From a virus: 64,000 nt of DNA. The notes beneath the pieces are model-generated. The model was not told the origin of the DNA and did not search any database. It worked only from the letters and a program-made list of their open reading frames with translations. Numbering within the stretch: the stretch's first letter is position 1; every line of letters starts with the position of its first letter. Made by a program: the position numbers and the translations under genes. Of this stretch, positions 9,958-18,620 are shown piece after piece. The stretch covers positions 78,892-142,891 of the IMG/VR virus record IMGVR_UViG_3300025150_000004. The stretch is one strand, 5' to 3'.

Positions 9958-10035
9958 CTTAGCGAGGGTGATTAGTTCGACCACCCCACCTTTTTCAAAA
10001 CATCTCCAAACAAGCGTTGACCTTCTCACTTCGAT

Positions 10036-12000
10036 GTGTTTACATTTGAAGTCAGAGAGGTTGAAGTGGTGGAACTGTCGTCTGAACTCCTTCGGGAGTT
10101 GTACCTGGAACAACGGTTGTCCGAGGCTCTTATCGCAGAGCGGTTTGGAACCTACCAGGTGAAGATCGGCAGGCTGAGGAAAAAGTGGGGAATCCCCACC
10201 CTCTCCAAAACCGAGAGGGTCGCAGGTGCTTTACCTGATCTCACCGAACAGCAACGGGAACTCATTATGGGCTCGTTACTTGGTGACGGCTGGATGCGGG
10301 CCAGCAGTGAACTGGCCGCAGGGTTTGGCGAAGGCCATGCCGTTTCCCAGTCTGCTTACACGGATTGGAAAGCTGATTTACTTGAGCCGTTCACCCGCTC
10401 CAGATATCACGGGAAAAAGACAGACGGGGAAACGGGCAAGGTCTATCACAGTTGGTCTTTTGCGACGGCCTGTTGTACCCAGATTCGTCCTTATTATGAC
10501 CTTTTCTACCCCTCTCCAGCCCGTAAACGGCGTTTCCCTCCGAATCTGCCTGATTTAATGACCCCGTTTATGCTGGCTGTTTGGTACATGGATGATGGGA
10601 ACCTAACGGAGCGAAATGAGCCCAGAATCGCTTTTGGTTTGGATGACCGGAGTTTGTATCGGGGGCTGAAGGCTTTGTCGAAGCTCGGTCTCAAGCCCAG
10701 GGTCTACGGTCAGGGTTCCGATCAGGCCATCCATTTTCCCAAGCAGAGGATGAAGTTCCGAGCCCTCATCGAGACTTACGTCCCTGAGTGCATGACCCAC
10801 AAACTCCCGATCGAAACTGATCGTCAGGCTGGCGATCGGAGAGCCAGGGTTTTGACGTTGGATAAGGCAGCGCATCTCTACCGGGGCGGTCTCAGTGCGG
10901 AAGCGATAGCACAGGTCTACGGGGTCGGGACCTCCACCGTGAGCCGCCGCCTGAAAGATGCTGGGGTGCAGAAGCGCCGATCAGGCCCTCACTCGAAGAA
11001 GTTGACCCGGGAGGCTGCTGAGGCTGTGCTGGGGTCCTTCGACCCATCTCGGTGGTCTACCTTGACTGAGCAAGAGCAGGATCGGTGGGTAAGGGAAGCG
11101 TTCCAGGTGTTACGGACGCTAGGGTTCCCATTTCCGAAGCAGGGTTCGGTTTCCATTGCTAAGGAGTTGTCTAAGGTCAGGGAATCCCAGATGTTCCTGG
11201 AAGATAGTCGTATCATGCCGGTACGACGGGTAGGGATCGGACTCTGCAAAGAGTTTTTCCCCAACCGGTACCGGGCCGTTTCGATGACCAAAGCCGTATC
11301 GGCTTGGGAATCCTGGCATCGGGATTCTGACCTTAAGCGGGCTGTTCGCTTTCAGTTCAAGGTGGGGGACCCAGTGCTTCCTCATCGGGTACTCCGGGCG
11401 GTGACCATGAATTGTCGGACGCCAACCGTATTTCGTCCGACCGTGGCCCGGTTCATCTATGAGAGATTCCTGGAGCCGGGTCAGGTGACCTGGGACCCTT
11501 GTTCTGGGTATGGGGGTCGTCTGTTAGGTGCTGTGGCTGCCGGAGTCCGGTACGTTTCGACCGATGTTGACCCGGAGACCGTGGAGGGGAACTTGGCTCT
11601 AGCCAAGGCTTTGGGGGCGGATGTGTCAGTGATCTGCTGTCCGGCCGAGGCGTCAGACCCGCCACCTGTGAATTTGGTTTTCACGTCTCCGCCATATTTT
11701 CATCAGGAGCAGTACGAGGGTGGCTCGCAGTCGTGGAAGAAATATCCTGGGTTTGATATTTGGGTAGATGGTTTTCTACGGCCGATGGTCGAGAAAGGAG
11801 CCAAGGTTCTCCTTCCTGGTGGTCATTGGGTGATGAACATTGCCGATGTGAAAAACCGGAAGGGGTCGTTCCCGTTGGTGGTTGCCGCTCGTCAGGTCAT
11901 GTCCGAGGTGGGGTTAACAGAGATGTCGATGTTGAAAATACCATTACCTTCGCTGAACCGGAAAGACCCCTGGGAGCCGGTCTTGGTGTTTCGGCGGTAG
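10036..12000 (+). CDS. fusion of LAGLIDADG endonuclease, HTH and amino (N4-C/N6-A) DNA methyltransferase
   Basis: IMGSLLGDG and LAVWYMDDG (LAGLIDADG_2 type); HTH IAQVYGVGTSTVSRRL; MTase motif I WDPCSGYGG and motif IV TSPPY; lower GC than flanks; true start may be a later GTG. Confidence 0.85.
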   Translation: MFTFEVREVEVVELSSELLRELYLEQRLSEALIAERFGTYQVKIGRLRKKWGIPTLSKTERVAGALPDLTEQQRELIMGSLLGDGWMRASSELAAGFGEGHAVSQSAYTDWKADLLEPFTRSRYHGKKTDGETGKVYHSWSFATACCTQIRPYYDLFYPSPARKRRFPPNLPDLMTPFMLAVWYMDDGNLTERNEPRIAFGLDDRSLYRGLKALSKLGLKPRVYGQGSDQAIHFPKQRMKFRALIETYVPECMTHKLPIETDRQAGDRRARVLTLDKAAHLYRGGLSAEAIAQVYGVGTSTVSRRLKDAGVQKRRSGPHSKKLTREAAEAVLGSFDPSRWSTLTEQEQDRWVREAFQVLRTLGFPFPKQGSVSIAKELSKVRESQMFLEDSRIMPVRRVGIGLCKEFFPNRYRAVSMTKAVSAWESWHRDSDLKRAVRFQFKVGDPVLPHRVLRAVTMNCRTPTVFRPTVARFIYERFLEPGQVTWDPCSGYGGRLLGAVAAGVRYVSTDVDPETVEGNLALAKALGADVSVICCPAEASDPPPVNLVFTSPPYFHQEQYEGGSQSWKKYPGFDIWVDGFLRPMVEKGAKVLLPGGHWVMNIADVKNRKGSFPLVVAARQVMSEVGLTEMSMLKIPLPSLNRKDPWEPVLVFRR

Positions 12001-12060
12001 TTCGGTTCCTCCCTCCCAAGGGTAATAGACCTCGTGAGCCCCCGGTAAGGAGAGCCGAAC

Positions 12061-12726
12061 ATGCAGATCCCCGTTCCCGACAGCATCGCCTCTGCCGCTC
12101 TCGGCGGCAACACGGGCGTCCTCACCGAGGTCAGCGACGCCTTCAAGGCCCTGAAGGCCGCCCAGGAGAAGGCCCAGCGGGCCCTTCAGCCCGAGGTCGC
12201 CCAGGTCTTGGCCGACGGCCTGGCCCGCTCGAAGGCCGCCAACGGCGAGTCCGCCCAGATGGTCATCACCGAGGAGGGTGCCCTGGTCGTCCGACTCGGC
12301 GAGTCCCACGAGCCAACCGAGGCTCCCGAGGACCGCAAGGTCGTGGTCGCCCAGCCGTACACCCAGCCTGAGTCTCCGAAGGAGACCCAGAAGGTCACCC
12401 CTCCGGGTCCACCGCAGTACCCGTCCCTGGACGAGCTTCGCCAGCGGGCCGAGGCCGCCGGGGTGGACATCAGCGATCTCGACGGGCGCAAGAAGAAGGA
12501 GATCCTCGACCGGATCGAGGTCGCCGAGAACGCCGCCCCCGAACCCTCACCGGCCCAGGAGACCCCACCCGAGGTGGTCGAACCCACGGAGGAAGACGAG
12601 GAGGACGACCACCTGGGTCTGGATGTGGCCCCGGACGAGGAGCCGGTGGAGTCCCCGGAGAACGTGGGGGGGGCGGAGCCCGTCATCCCGCCCGAAGTGG
12701 ACGTGGACTCCTGGCTGGACGACTAG
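12061..12726 (+). CDS. hypothetical protein, acidic and Pro-rich C-terminus
   Basis: AGGAG RBS, typical codon usage. Confidence 0.75.
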   Translation: MQIPVPDSIASAALGGNTGVLTEVSDAFKALKAAQEKAQRALQPEVAQVLADGLARSKAANGESAQMVITEEGALVVRLGESHEPTEAPEDRKVVVAQPYTQPESPKETQKVTPPGPPQYPSLDELRQRAEAAGVDISDLDGRKKKEILDRIEVAENAAPEPSPAQETPPEVVEPTEEDEEDDHLGLDVAPDEEPVESPENVGGAEPVIPPEVDVDSWLDD

Positions 12727-13037
12727 AGGCTCATCCAGAACCAGCAGACCAGCGACCAGTAGACTACGAAGCAGACGTACCCCCCGGTGACCACGATCAG
12801 ATGGTCCCTCCGCCTCCACATGAGGTAGGACCCCAGTCCGACCAGGGACGTTTTGACGGCCACGAATGGCAGTGGCCCCGACTCCATCGGACCCTGGAGG
12901 AGAGGATTGGCCTCGACGGCGAGCCCTTTGGCGACGACCCAAAGGGTCGCCGAAGCATCAAACACGTTGAACACGAGCGTGGCGATGATGAAGAACGTCG
13001 CCAACGACTTCAGGAATTTTGACCCCACCAGCAACAC
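12723..13037 (-). CDS. DUF5658-like small membrane protein
   Basis: FNVFDASAT...EANPL...FVAVK motif with three hydrophobic segments; GTG start after GGAGGG. Confidence 0.65.
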   Translation of the reverse strand: MLLVGSKFLKSLATFFIIATLVFNVFDASATLWVVAKGLAVEANPLLQGPMESGPLPFVAVKTSLVGLGSYLMWRRRDHLIVVTGGYVCFVVYWSLVCWFWMSL

Positions 13038-13117
13038 ATTACTTCCCTCCAGGGTCCCCCGAGCCGTGACCGGGGGCCGGGCGTGGGGGAAGCACCACCC
13101 GGCCCCCGGTCGGCGAG

Positions 13118-14602
13118 TCAGGGCAGCGGGGCGTGCAGCACTGCGACGAGGCCACGGTCGTGGTCGTGCAGGTACACGGGGAGGGACTTCGCTGCCCCGA
13201 CGTAACCGTTGAGCGAGTGCCAACGGTCGGTCCCCGAGAGGGAGGGGATCTGGCGGCGAGTGACGCCGTAGGCCACGTCGGTCTCCGTCCTCTCGAAGTG
13301 CATGTGACCCGTGTAGATGGTCTTGTGCGGGCACTGCGACCAGTGCTTCGACGCCTCCCGGGCCATGAGCCCCGCCATGTCCTGGGTCTTCTTCACCCCG
13401 TCGCCGTGGACGAACCCGATGAGGTTCTGCCCGTAGACCCGGTAGACCCTGGGAGTTCGGTCGAGGTGGACCTCAACATCCGGGGCGTCACGGAACAGGG
13501 CGTCCAGGTAGAGCAGCAAGGCCAGGCCCAGCATCCGGTCGTGGTTGCCGGACATGAGGACCAACTCCACCGGGGCCACCTGGCGGAGGGTGTGGATCCA
13601 GTCCTCCATCAGCTTGCAGGCGGACACGAGGATCTCCGCCGGGGTTCCATCCATGTCCTGCATGGTTCCCTCGGTCGTCGTGCCCTTCTGGTTGTCGATG
13701 TGCAGGAAGTCCGACCCGATGGGGACGTACAGCTTCTCCGGCCGCCCCAGTCGGGCCACCTGGGCGAACACGTCCTCGGTGGCCTGGAAGAGGCGGTGCT
13801 CGGCGATCTGCCGGTTGTAGGGCTCGCCCACCTCGTCGGCATCGCCGTACTTGCCCCAGTGGAAGTCGGTGAAGCCGACGACCCCAGCGAAGGGGCTGTC
13901 CGGCTCCGCAAGTCGGAGCTTCGGGACCTGGACGACCTTCCGGTTCTTCAACCCCTCACGAAGGGTCCGCAGAAGATGGTCCTCGACCTCCCGCCATTTC
14001 ATGGCGTCCTGGCGGATGTCGGCCCACTTGGCCTGCTCCATCTTCTTGTAGAGCGTGGCCCGGCGAAGCTGGAGAGCATCCTCGACCAGTTCATCGTCGG
14101 TGCGGGACATCACCTCCTCGGTCGAGAAGGGCTCCATGTCGTGGGTGATGCCGTGGACCTTGAGGTACTTGACGACCCAGGGGCGGGGGAGCCGCACGGT
14201 ACGGGCGATCTCGTTGACGGTCGCCGGGTTCCCGTCGAAGTTGCTGTAGGCCCGAACCATCTCCCTGTGGACCTCGCCCGGGAGCACCAGCGGCTTCGGG
14301 AGACCTGGGACGAAGGTGACGTAGGTGTCATTGTCCGGGTTGTAGACGTACTGCTTGTCGTAGAGGTACTGGGACGCCTCCTGCTCGGTGGGCTCGGCGG
14401 CGGAGGGCTCGACCTCGACCTCGGAGGGCTCTGCCGGATCGGGGTCTGGGAGTTCGGAGAGGTCGCCACGGCGGCAGTAGGCAGCGAGGGCCTTTGCGTG
14501 GGCGAGAGGGAGTCCGGTCATCGCCACGATGCGGGCGCTGGACAGCTTCCCTCGGGTGATCCGCTCGCTGTAGAGCGAGGCGTACTCTTCCAACCAGGTC
14601 AT
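13118..14602 (-). CDS. calcineurin-like metallophosphoesterase with N-terminal extension
   Basis: DFHWG, GSDFLH, GNHD, HGD, GHMH motifs in order. Confidence 0.85.
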   Translation of the reverse strand: MTWLEEYASLYSERITRGKLSSARIVAMTGLPLAHAKALAAYCRRGDLSELPDPDPAEPSEVEVEPSAAEPTEQEASQYLYDKQYVYNPDNDTYVTFVPGLPKPLVLPGEVHREMVRAYSNFDGNPATVNEIARTVRLPRPWVVKYLKVHGITHDMEPFSTEEVMSRTDDELVEDALQLRRATLYKKMEQAKWADIRQDAMKWREVEDHLLRTLREGLKNRKVVQVPKLRLAEPDSPFAGVVGFTDFHWGKYGDADEVGEPYNRQIAEHRLFQATEDVFAQVARLGRPEKLYVPIGSDFLHIDNQKGTTTEGTMQDMDGTPAEILVSACKLMEDWIHTLRQVAPVELVLMSGNHDRMLGLALLLYLDALFRDAPDVEVHLDRTPRVYRVYGQNLIGFVHGDGVKKTQDMAGLMAREASKHWSQCPHKTIYTGHMHFERTETDVAYGVTRRQIPSLSGTDRWHSLNGYVGAAKSLPVYLHDHDRGLVAVLHAPLP

Positions 14603-14688
14603 GCTCGGCCTCCTTCGGCTGTTGGCCAGCACATGAAGGAACGGTCAGACAGCAGGCCGAGCAGAGCTTGGGAGGCCGGGGCCTCTTG

Positions 14689-14718
14689 CTAATAGAGAGT
14701 CGGGATAGGCTCGCAACC
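14689..14718 (-). promoter_or_regulatory. putative late promoter
   Basis: GGT-tgcgagcc-TAT-N12-TTAG on minus strand. Confidence 0.6.
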
Positions 14719-14803
14719 GAAAGGAGTGCTGTTGTGAGGGGGTAGAGCGGCCCTTGGCGTGGGGTAGATGGGGAGGACAGCACGACCCCGAACGGAGGGA
14801 AAC

Positions 14804-15985
14804 ATGAGCGACGGGTTCACGTTCCACGGCTTCCAGCGAGGCCCCCAGATCTACGCCACACGGCACACCATCCTCCTTCTCCTGGCTCTCAACGACATCT
14901 GGAAGCAGGAGAAGGCGAAGTACCAGTTCACCGGAGGCTTCGACCCGGCGAGGCACTTCCACAAGCCGACCCTGCTCGCTGACCTGGCCAGAGCCATCGC
15001 CCCGGTCATCAAGAAGGTGCTGACCCCAGGGGACGTGTACGCCCACCTGCTCTACCTGTCCGAGCGGAAGCTCGGGTCGGACACGGTGATGGTGCGGAAC
15101 CATCCCGGCAACGAGAAGGCCGGGGAGCCCATTTTCCAGATGGGCAAGGCGGGCGAGGAACTCTGCGACATCATCGACAACCGTGGCGTCCGGGCGTTCA
15201 TCGAGAGCGACCCCACCAACTGGCACGCCCTGGTGATGTACGCCCGCCTCGTGGAGTCCGGCCAGTGCAGCCCGTCCGTCTGGACGCCGGAGAACATCGG
15301 CAGCCTGACCGGCCTCACGGAGAGCCAGATCCGCAAGGCGATCAAAACCCTCCAGCAGGGGTTCACGAGCAAGGCCGGGGACCAGGAGTTCACGCTCGCT
15401 GCCGGGTCTCTCGTGGTGGAGGGGACCCGTCGTTTCCCGAAGTACAAGCTGGCTGCGAGCCTGCGGGTCTCCGCCAGCCCCGAGATCGGTGACCTCGACT
15501 TCGAGGAGGACCCGAAGGCCCTCCGTCAGAAGGCCCAGACGGCGACGTTCCAGCAGATCTACGGCGGGAAGGGGCCACAGGGGAACGGCCGGGCGGCAGC
15601 AGCGGCGGACGCCTTCATGGAGGAGTTCACCAAGCCCGAGGCCGACCCCGAGCCGACCCCCAGCGTTCCCGCATCCCGGCCCATCGGAGCCAAGGCCAAC
15701 ATCTCCGACCAGGAAGTGGCCATCCTCCAGGCGGAGGCGATCCGACTCCGCATCTCGCTCGACTCCCTCATGACCCTCATCATCAAGACGGGCATCGAGG
15801 GCATCGAACGGGAGAACGTCAACCGGGAGACGGCCGAGGCCAAGCGTCGGGAGGCCGAGGAGGCCCTGCGGAAGGAGGAGGAGGAGGCCCAGCGTGCGGC
15901 TCAGGCAGCAGCCGAGCGGCTGGCCGAGATCCAGCGGCGGCGGGCCGCCCTGGGGTCCGAGACAGGCGCATCACCGGCCCCCTAG
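14804..15985 (+). CDS. hypothetical DNA-binding protein (possible HTH, C-terminal ribbon-helix-helix-like segment and coiled coil)
   Basis: GGAGG RBS; IGSLTGLTESQIRKAIKTL HTH-like; ANISDQEVAILQAEAIRLRISLDSLMTLII. Confidence 0.65.
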   Translation: MSDGFTFHGFQRGPQIYATRHTILLLLALNDIWKQEKAKYQFTGGFDPARHFHKPTLLADLARAIAPVIKKVLTPGDVYAHLLYLSERKLGSDTVMVRNHPGNEKAGEPIFQMGKAGEELCDIIDNRGVRAFIESDPTNWHALVMYARLVESGQCSPSVWTPENIGSLTGLTESQIRKAIKTLQQGFTSKAGDQEFTLAAGSLVVEGTRRFPKYKLAASLRVSASPEIGDLDFEEDPKALRQKAQTATFQQIYGGKGPQGNGRAAAAADAFMEEFTKPEADPEPTPSVPASRPIGAKANISDQEVAILQAEAIRLRISLDSLMTLIIKTGIEGIERENVNRETAEAKRREAEEALRKEEEEAQRAAQAAAERLAEIQRRRAALGSETGASPAP

Positions 15986-16012
15986 AAAAACGACTCGGGT
16001 CGAAAAAAGTTG

Positions 16013-16041
16013 TTGACGGCGGATCCGGGTTCAAGTACAAC
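16013..16041 (+). promoter_or_regulatory. sigma70-type promoter
   Basis: TTGACG-17 bp-TACAAC with an upstream A-tract (UP-element-like). Confidence 0.75.
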
Positions 16042-16046
16042 GTCTC

Positions 16047-16480
16047 TTGCCGGTTGGGACTGCCCCCGAGAAATCGAGGATGGTTCCCAAACGGAGCACC
16101 GAGGGTCGAAGGTTCGCAACCTGAAACCGGAGGTGAGTGGGAGGTCGGGCGAAGGCCATTCCCACGGAAGGCGCTGACCATTCAGGTGGTCATGGGCTTC
16201 ACCTGAAAAGGAAGTCCTGGGTTCTGAAACATGGACCCGAACCCCATGGCGGGGAAGATAGCGAGCGCCGCTATCGTTCTCACCCGCCTTCGCAGAGGTC
16301 AACCGGGCAATCGGCGAGCCAAAGCGACCCTGCCCTCCCCGGGCAACCGGGAGAGGGAGCCAGTCGGGTAACCGGGTGGTGGGACGGGGGAACTCAAGGA
16401 CCCGTAACAGGGTCCAGCGGTTCAGCAATGCCCAGCGGGTCCGGCCGTCTTCGGCCGGACCCGCTGGGCATTCTTGTTTT
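16047..16480 (+). ncRNA. unclassified structured ncRNA (~430 nt)
   Basis: Own promoter and terminator; about 11 consecutive hairpins, several with GNRA tetraloops; no credible ORF. Confidence 0.75.
16427..16480 (+). terminator. intrinsic terminator
   Basis: aatgcccagcgggtccggccg / cggccggacccgctgggcatt followed by cttgtttt. Confidence 0.85.
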
Positions 16481-16555
16481 AGGACCCCGGAAAAGGTCTA
16501 CTGTCCTCGGTATCGTGACGCCAGCCCTTTCGGCTCCACGAGAATGAGGCGAAGA

Positions 16556-16795
16556 ATGCCGACCATCCGGCGACTGGACGTTCCCATCATCCTGGGTTGT
16601 CAACCCCCGGCAGGTCAATTCGCCAATGCGTTTCGAATCCTGAACGCCGACTCGGGCTGCGTGCTGGAGTTCCTGGTGTACTCCCCTCGTGAGAACAAGG
16701 CATTCCTCGTTCATCGCATCCGGCTCTCCCAAGAACTCCTTCCCGTCATCAAAGACCAGGTGAGGTGCGCTTTGGACCCCCAACACGCTTGTTGA
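16556..16795 (+). CDS. small DUF3467-like protein
   Basis: FANAFRI...VLEF...VHRIRL pattern; paralog of 27391..27657. Confidence 0.5.
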   Translation: MPTIRRLDVPIILGCQPPAGQFANAFRILNADSGCVLEFLVYSPRENKAFLVHRIRLSQELLPVIKDQVRCALDPQHAC

Positions 16796-16832
16796 TCGGG
16801 GCATGGGTAGAGTGTGGAGCTACGGAGGTTTG

Positions 16833-18143
16833 ATGATGACGACGTTCCAGACCGGCCAGTTTCAGCCCCTCAAGGCCATCTCGGAGTTCAACTTCGGTCC
16901 CCTGAACGGGATGACCATCAAGGATGGAACCGAGATGGACTTCGACGGCACCACCCTGCGGATGATGGGGAAGGAGTACGGCTGCCCGGAGTTCTCCATC
17001 GCCATCCGGGCCGGATTCGTGAAACCCCGCTCCGACACCACTTCGGCTCCGCCGAAGCCCACCTCCAACGTGGAGGTGAAGTCGGCGGTCGGCCACGGGG
17101 AGACCCGAGAGACGGTCCGTATGGGGGCCATCGTCGAGGAGGAGCAGGTCGTCGGCTCCGTGGCTGGGAGCAAGGGCCGCCGAGAAGCCGCCCAAGACGC
17201 CCGGTCCCAGCAGGTGACCAGCCAGCCGCAGGTGAGCCCGGACCCGGAGATCGAGGCAGCCCTGATGCCGCAGGCTCCTCCTCCACCTCGGCAACTGGAC
17301 CCCAGGGATGTGACCTCTGCCTCCGTCGCCGCCCAGTCCATGCAGGGGAATCGGCCCCGGACGGTGGAGGAGGCCGACGCCCTCAACGCCGCCGCCATCC
17401 AGGCGGAGTTGAACAAGCCCGTGAACACCAACTACATCAAGGGCGGCACCCGGCACGACAAGCTGGATGAAGATGATGCCGCCCCGACCGTCGGGGGTGG
17501 CAAGTTCAAGCTCGTGACCGCCGACGGGGCGAGCCAGGGGACCGTGGTGGGATCGGTGAAGTCCGGGGCGCACTCCGCCCGAGTCGGTCGGGACGGGGAG
17601 GCCGTGAAGACGGCCGCCTTGGACGTGACCAAGGCGACGGCCAGCACGGTCGAGTCGGGGCTTCAGGAGCAGAAGGTGGTCGAGGGGGTTCGAGGACTCG
17701 AAGCCAAGACCCGTGCGGTGCCGTCGGGCATCCAGAAGGTCGGGGCTCAGGTGATGCCGGAGCGCCCGGACATCATGGTCCAGCCCATCAAGACGGCCCA
17801 TTCCACGGTCATCACCGAGGGTGAAGACATCCGCACGGTCGGTGCCCAGGGGCAGACGGGGGATGTGTCAGAGAGCCGGTCCGGGGACGAACTGACCGAT
17901 CTCCTGCCCGACGCCATCGTGGCGTCTCCCCCCAAGCCGAAGAAGTCCAACCCCGACGACGAGGTCGCCGAGATCGTGGCGGGCTGGGACAAGCAGCGGC
18001 AGTGGAAAAAGCGGGTCAACGAGGCCGTGGAGTTCTACGCCGACTGGCCCGCCGCCCTGGACGCCATCTGCGCCATCGAGTCCGAGGCTGTGGTCAAGCA
18101 CATCCGCAGCCAGGTCGCCAAGAAGCAGGCCGAGAGCGCCTGA
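16833..18143 (+). CDS. hypothetical protein, largely low-complexity
   Basis: GGAGG RBS, long ORF with typical codon usage. Confidence 0.75.
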   Translation: MMTTFQTGQFQPLKAISEFNFGPLNGMTIKDGTEMDFDGTTLRMMGKEYGCPEFSIAIRAGFVKPRSDTTSAPPKPTSNVEVKSAVGHGETRETVRMGAIVEEEQVVGSVAGSKGRREAAQDARSQQVTSQPQVSPDPEIEAALMPQAPPPPRQLDPRDVTSASVAAQSMQGNRPRTVEEADALNAAAIQAELNKPVNTNYIKGGTRHDKLDEDDAAPTVGGGKFKLVTADGASQGTVVGSVKSGAHSARVGRDGEAVKTAALDVTKATASTVESGLQEQKVVEGVRGLEAKTRAVPSGIQKVGAQVMPERPDIMVQPIKTAHSTVITEGEDIRTVGAQGQTGDVSESRSGDELTDLLPDAIVASPPKPKKSNPDDEVAEIVAGWDKQRQWKKRVNEAVEFYADWPAALDAICAIESEAVVKHIRSQVAKKQAESA

Positions 18144-18151
18144 TCCCTGCC

Positions 18152-18181
18152 GGTATTCCGCCTATGGTCAGGCCACGGTAG
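18152..18181 (+). promoter_or_regulatory. putative late promoter
   Basis: GGT-attccgcc-TAT-N12-GTAG. Confidence 0.65.
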
Positions 18182-18212
18182 AGGTTTCGCACCTCCGCCG
18201 TGGAGGACCCGA

Positions 18213-18620
18213 GTGGCGACAGGATCCAACAAAAAAGCCAGTAGCGAGGCCGCTTGGGCGCTCATCATGGGGGGCGTGGCCTCAGCCCGTCTGGAAGCCC
18301 ATCGGCTGAAGCACCTGGTCAGCCGATGTGAGAAGCTCGTCGAGCACTCCACGCACCGGGAGCACCTGTACCAGGTCGCCGGGGACATCATCGTGGACAT
18401 GCCGGGCCGCCTTCGCAAGCTGGAGGTGGCCCTCGACCGGACGGCTCTGGCTCTGTCAGGGATGGGGGAGGAGTTCCTCTCCGCCAGGCTCCCGCTGTCC
18501 GAAAAGCAGCTTGTCGAAGAAGCCACCCAGCCGGGCTTTGGTGGCCACCGTCACCGGCATTCGGTCAAGACAGTCGCCCGGGAGTGGCTCCTCCGGCAGC
18601 TTCGAGAGGCTGGTAGATGA
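18213..18620 (+). CDS. hypothetical helical head-associated protein
   Basis: GGAGG RBS; behind late promoter; ends with SVKTVAREWL motif. Confidence 0.7.
   Translation: MATGSNKKASSEAAWALIMGGVASARLEAHRLKHLVSRCEKLVEHSTHREHLYQVAGDIIVDMPGRLRKLEVALDRTALALSGMGEEFLSARLPLSEKQLVEEATQPGFGGHRHRHSVKTVAREWLLRQLREAGR

Noticed and set aside
16047-16480. RNase P RNA, tmRNA or group I/II intron as identity of the ncRNA
   Set aside because: aaggaagtcc only loosely resembles RNase P GAGGAAAGUCC and the 3' conserved region is absent; no tRNA-like ends; no interrupted gene or intron core motifs seen
15982-16547. ORFs overlapping the ncRNA (15982..16428 minus, 16137..16547 plus)
   Set aside because: No RBS, atypical composition; region is better explained by promoter, RNA structure and terminator
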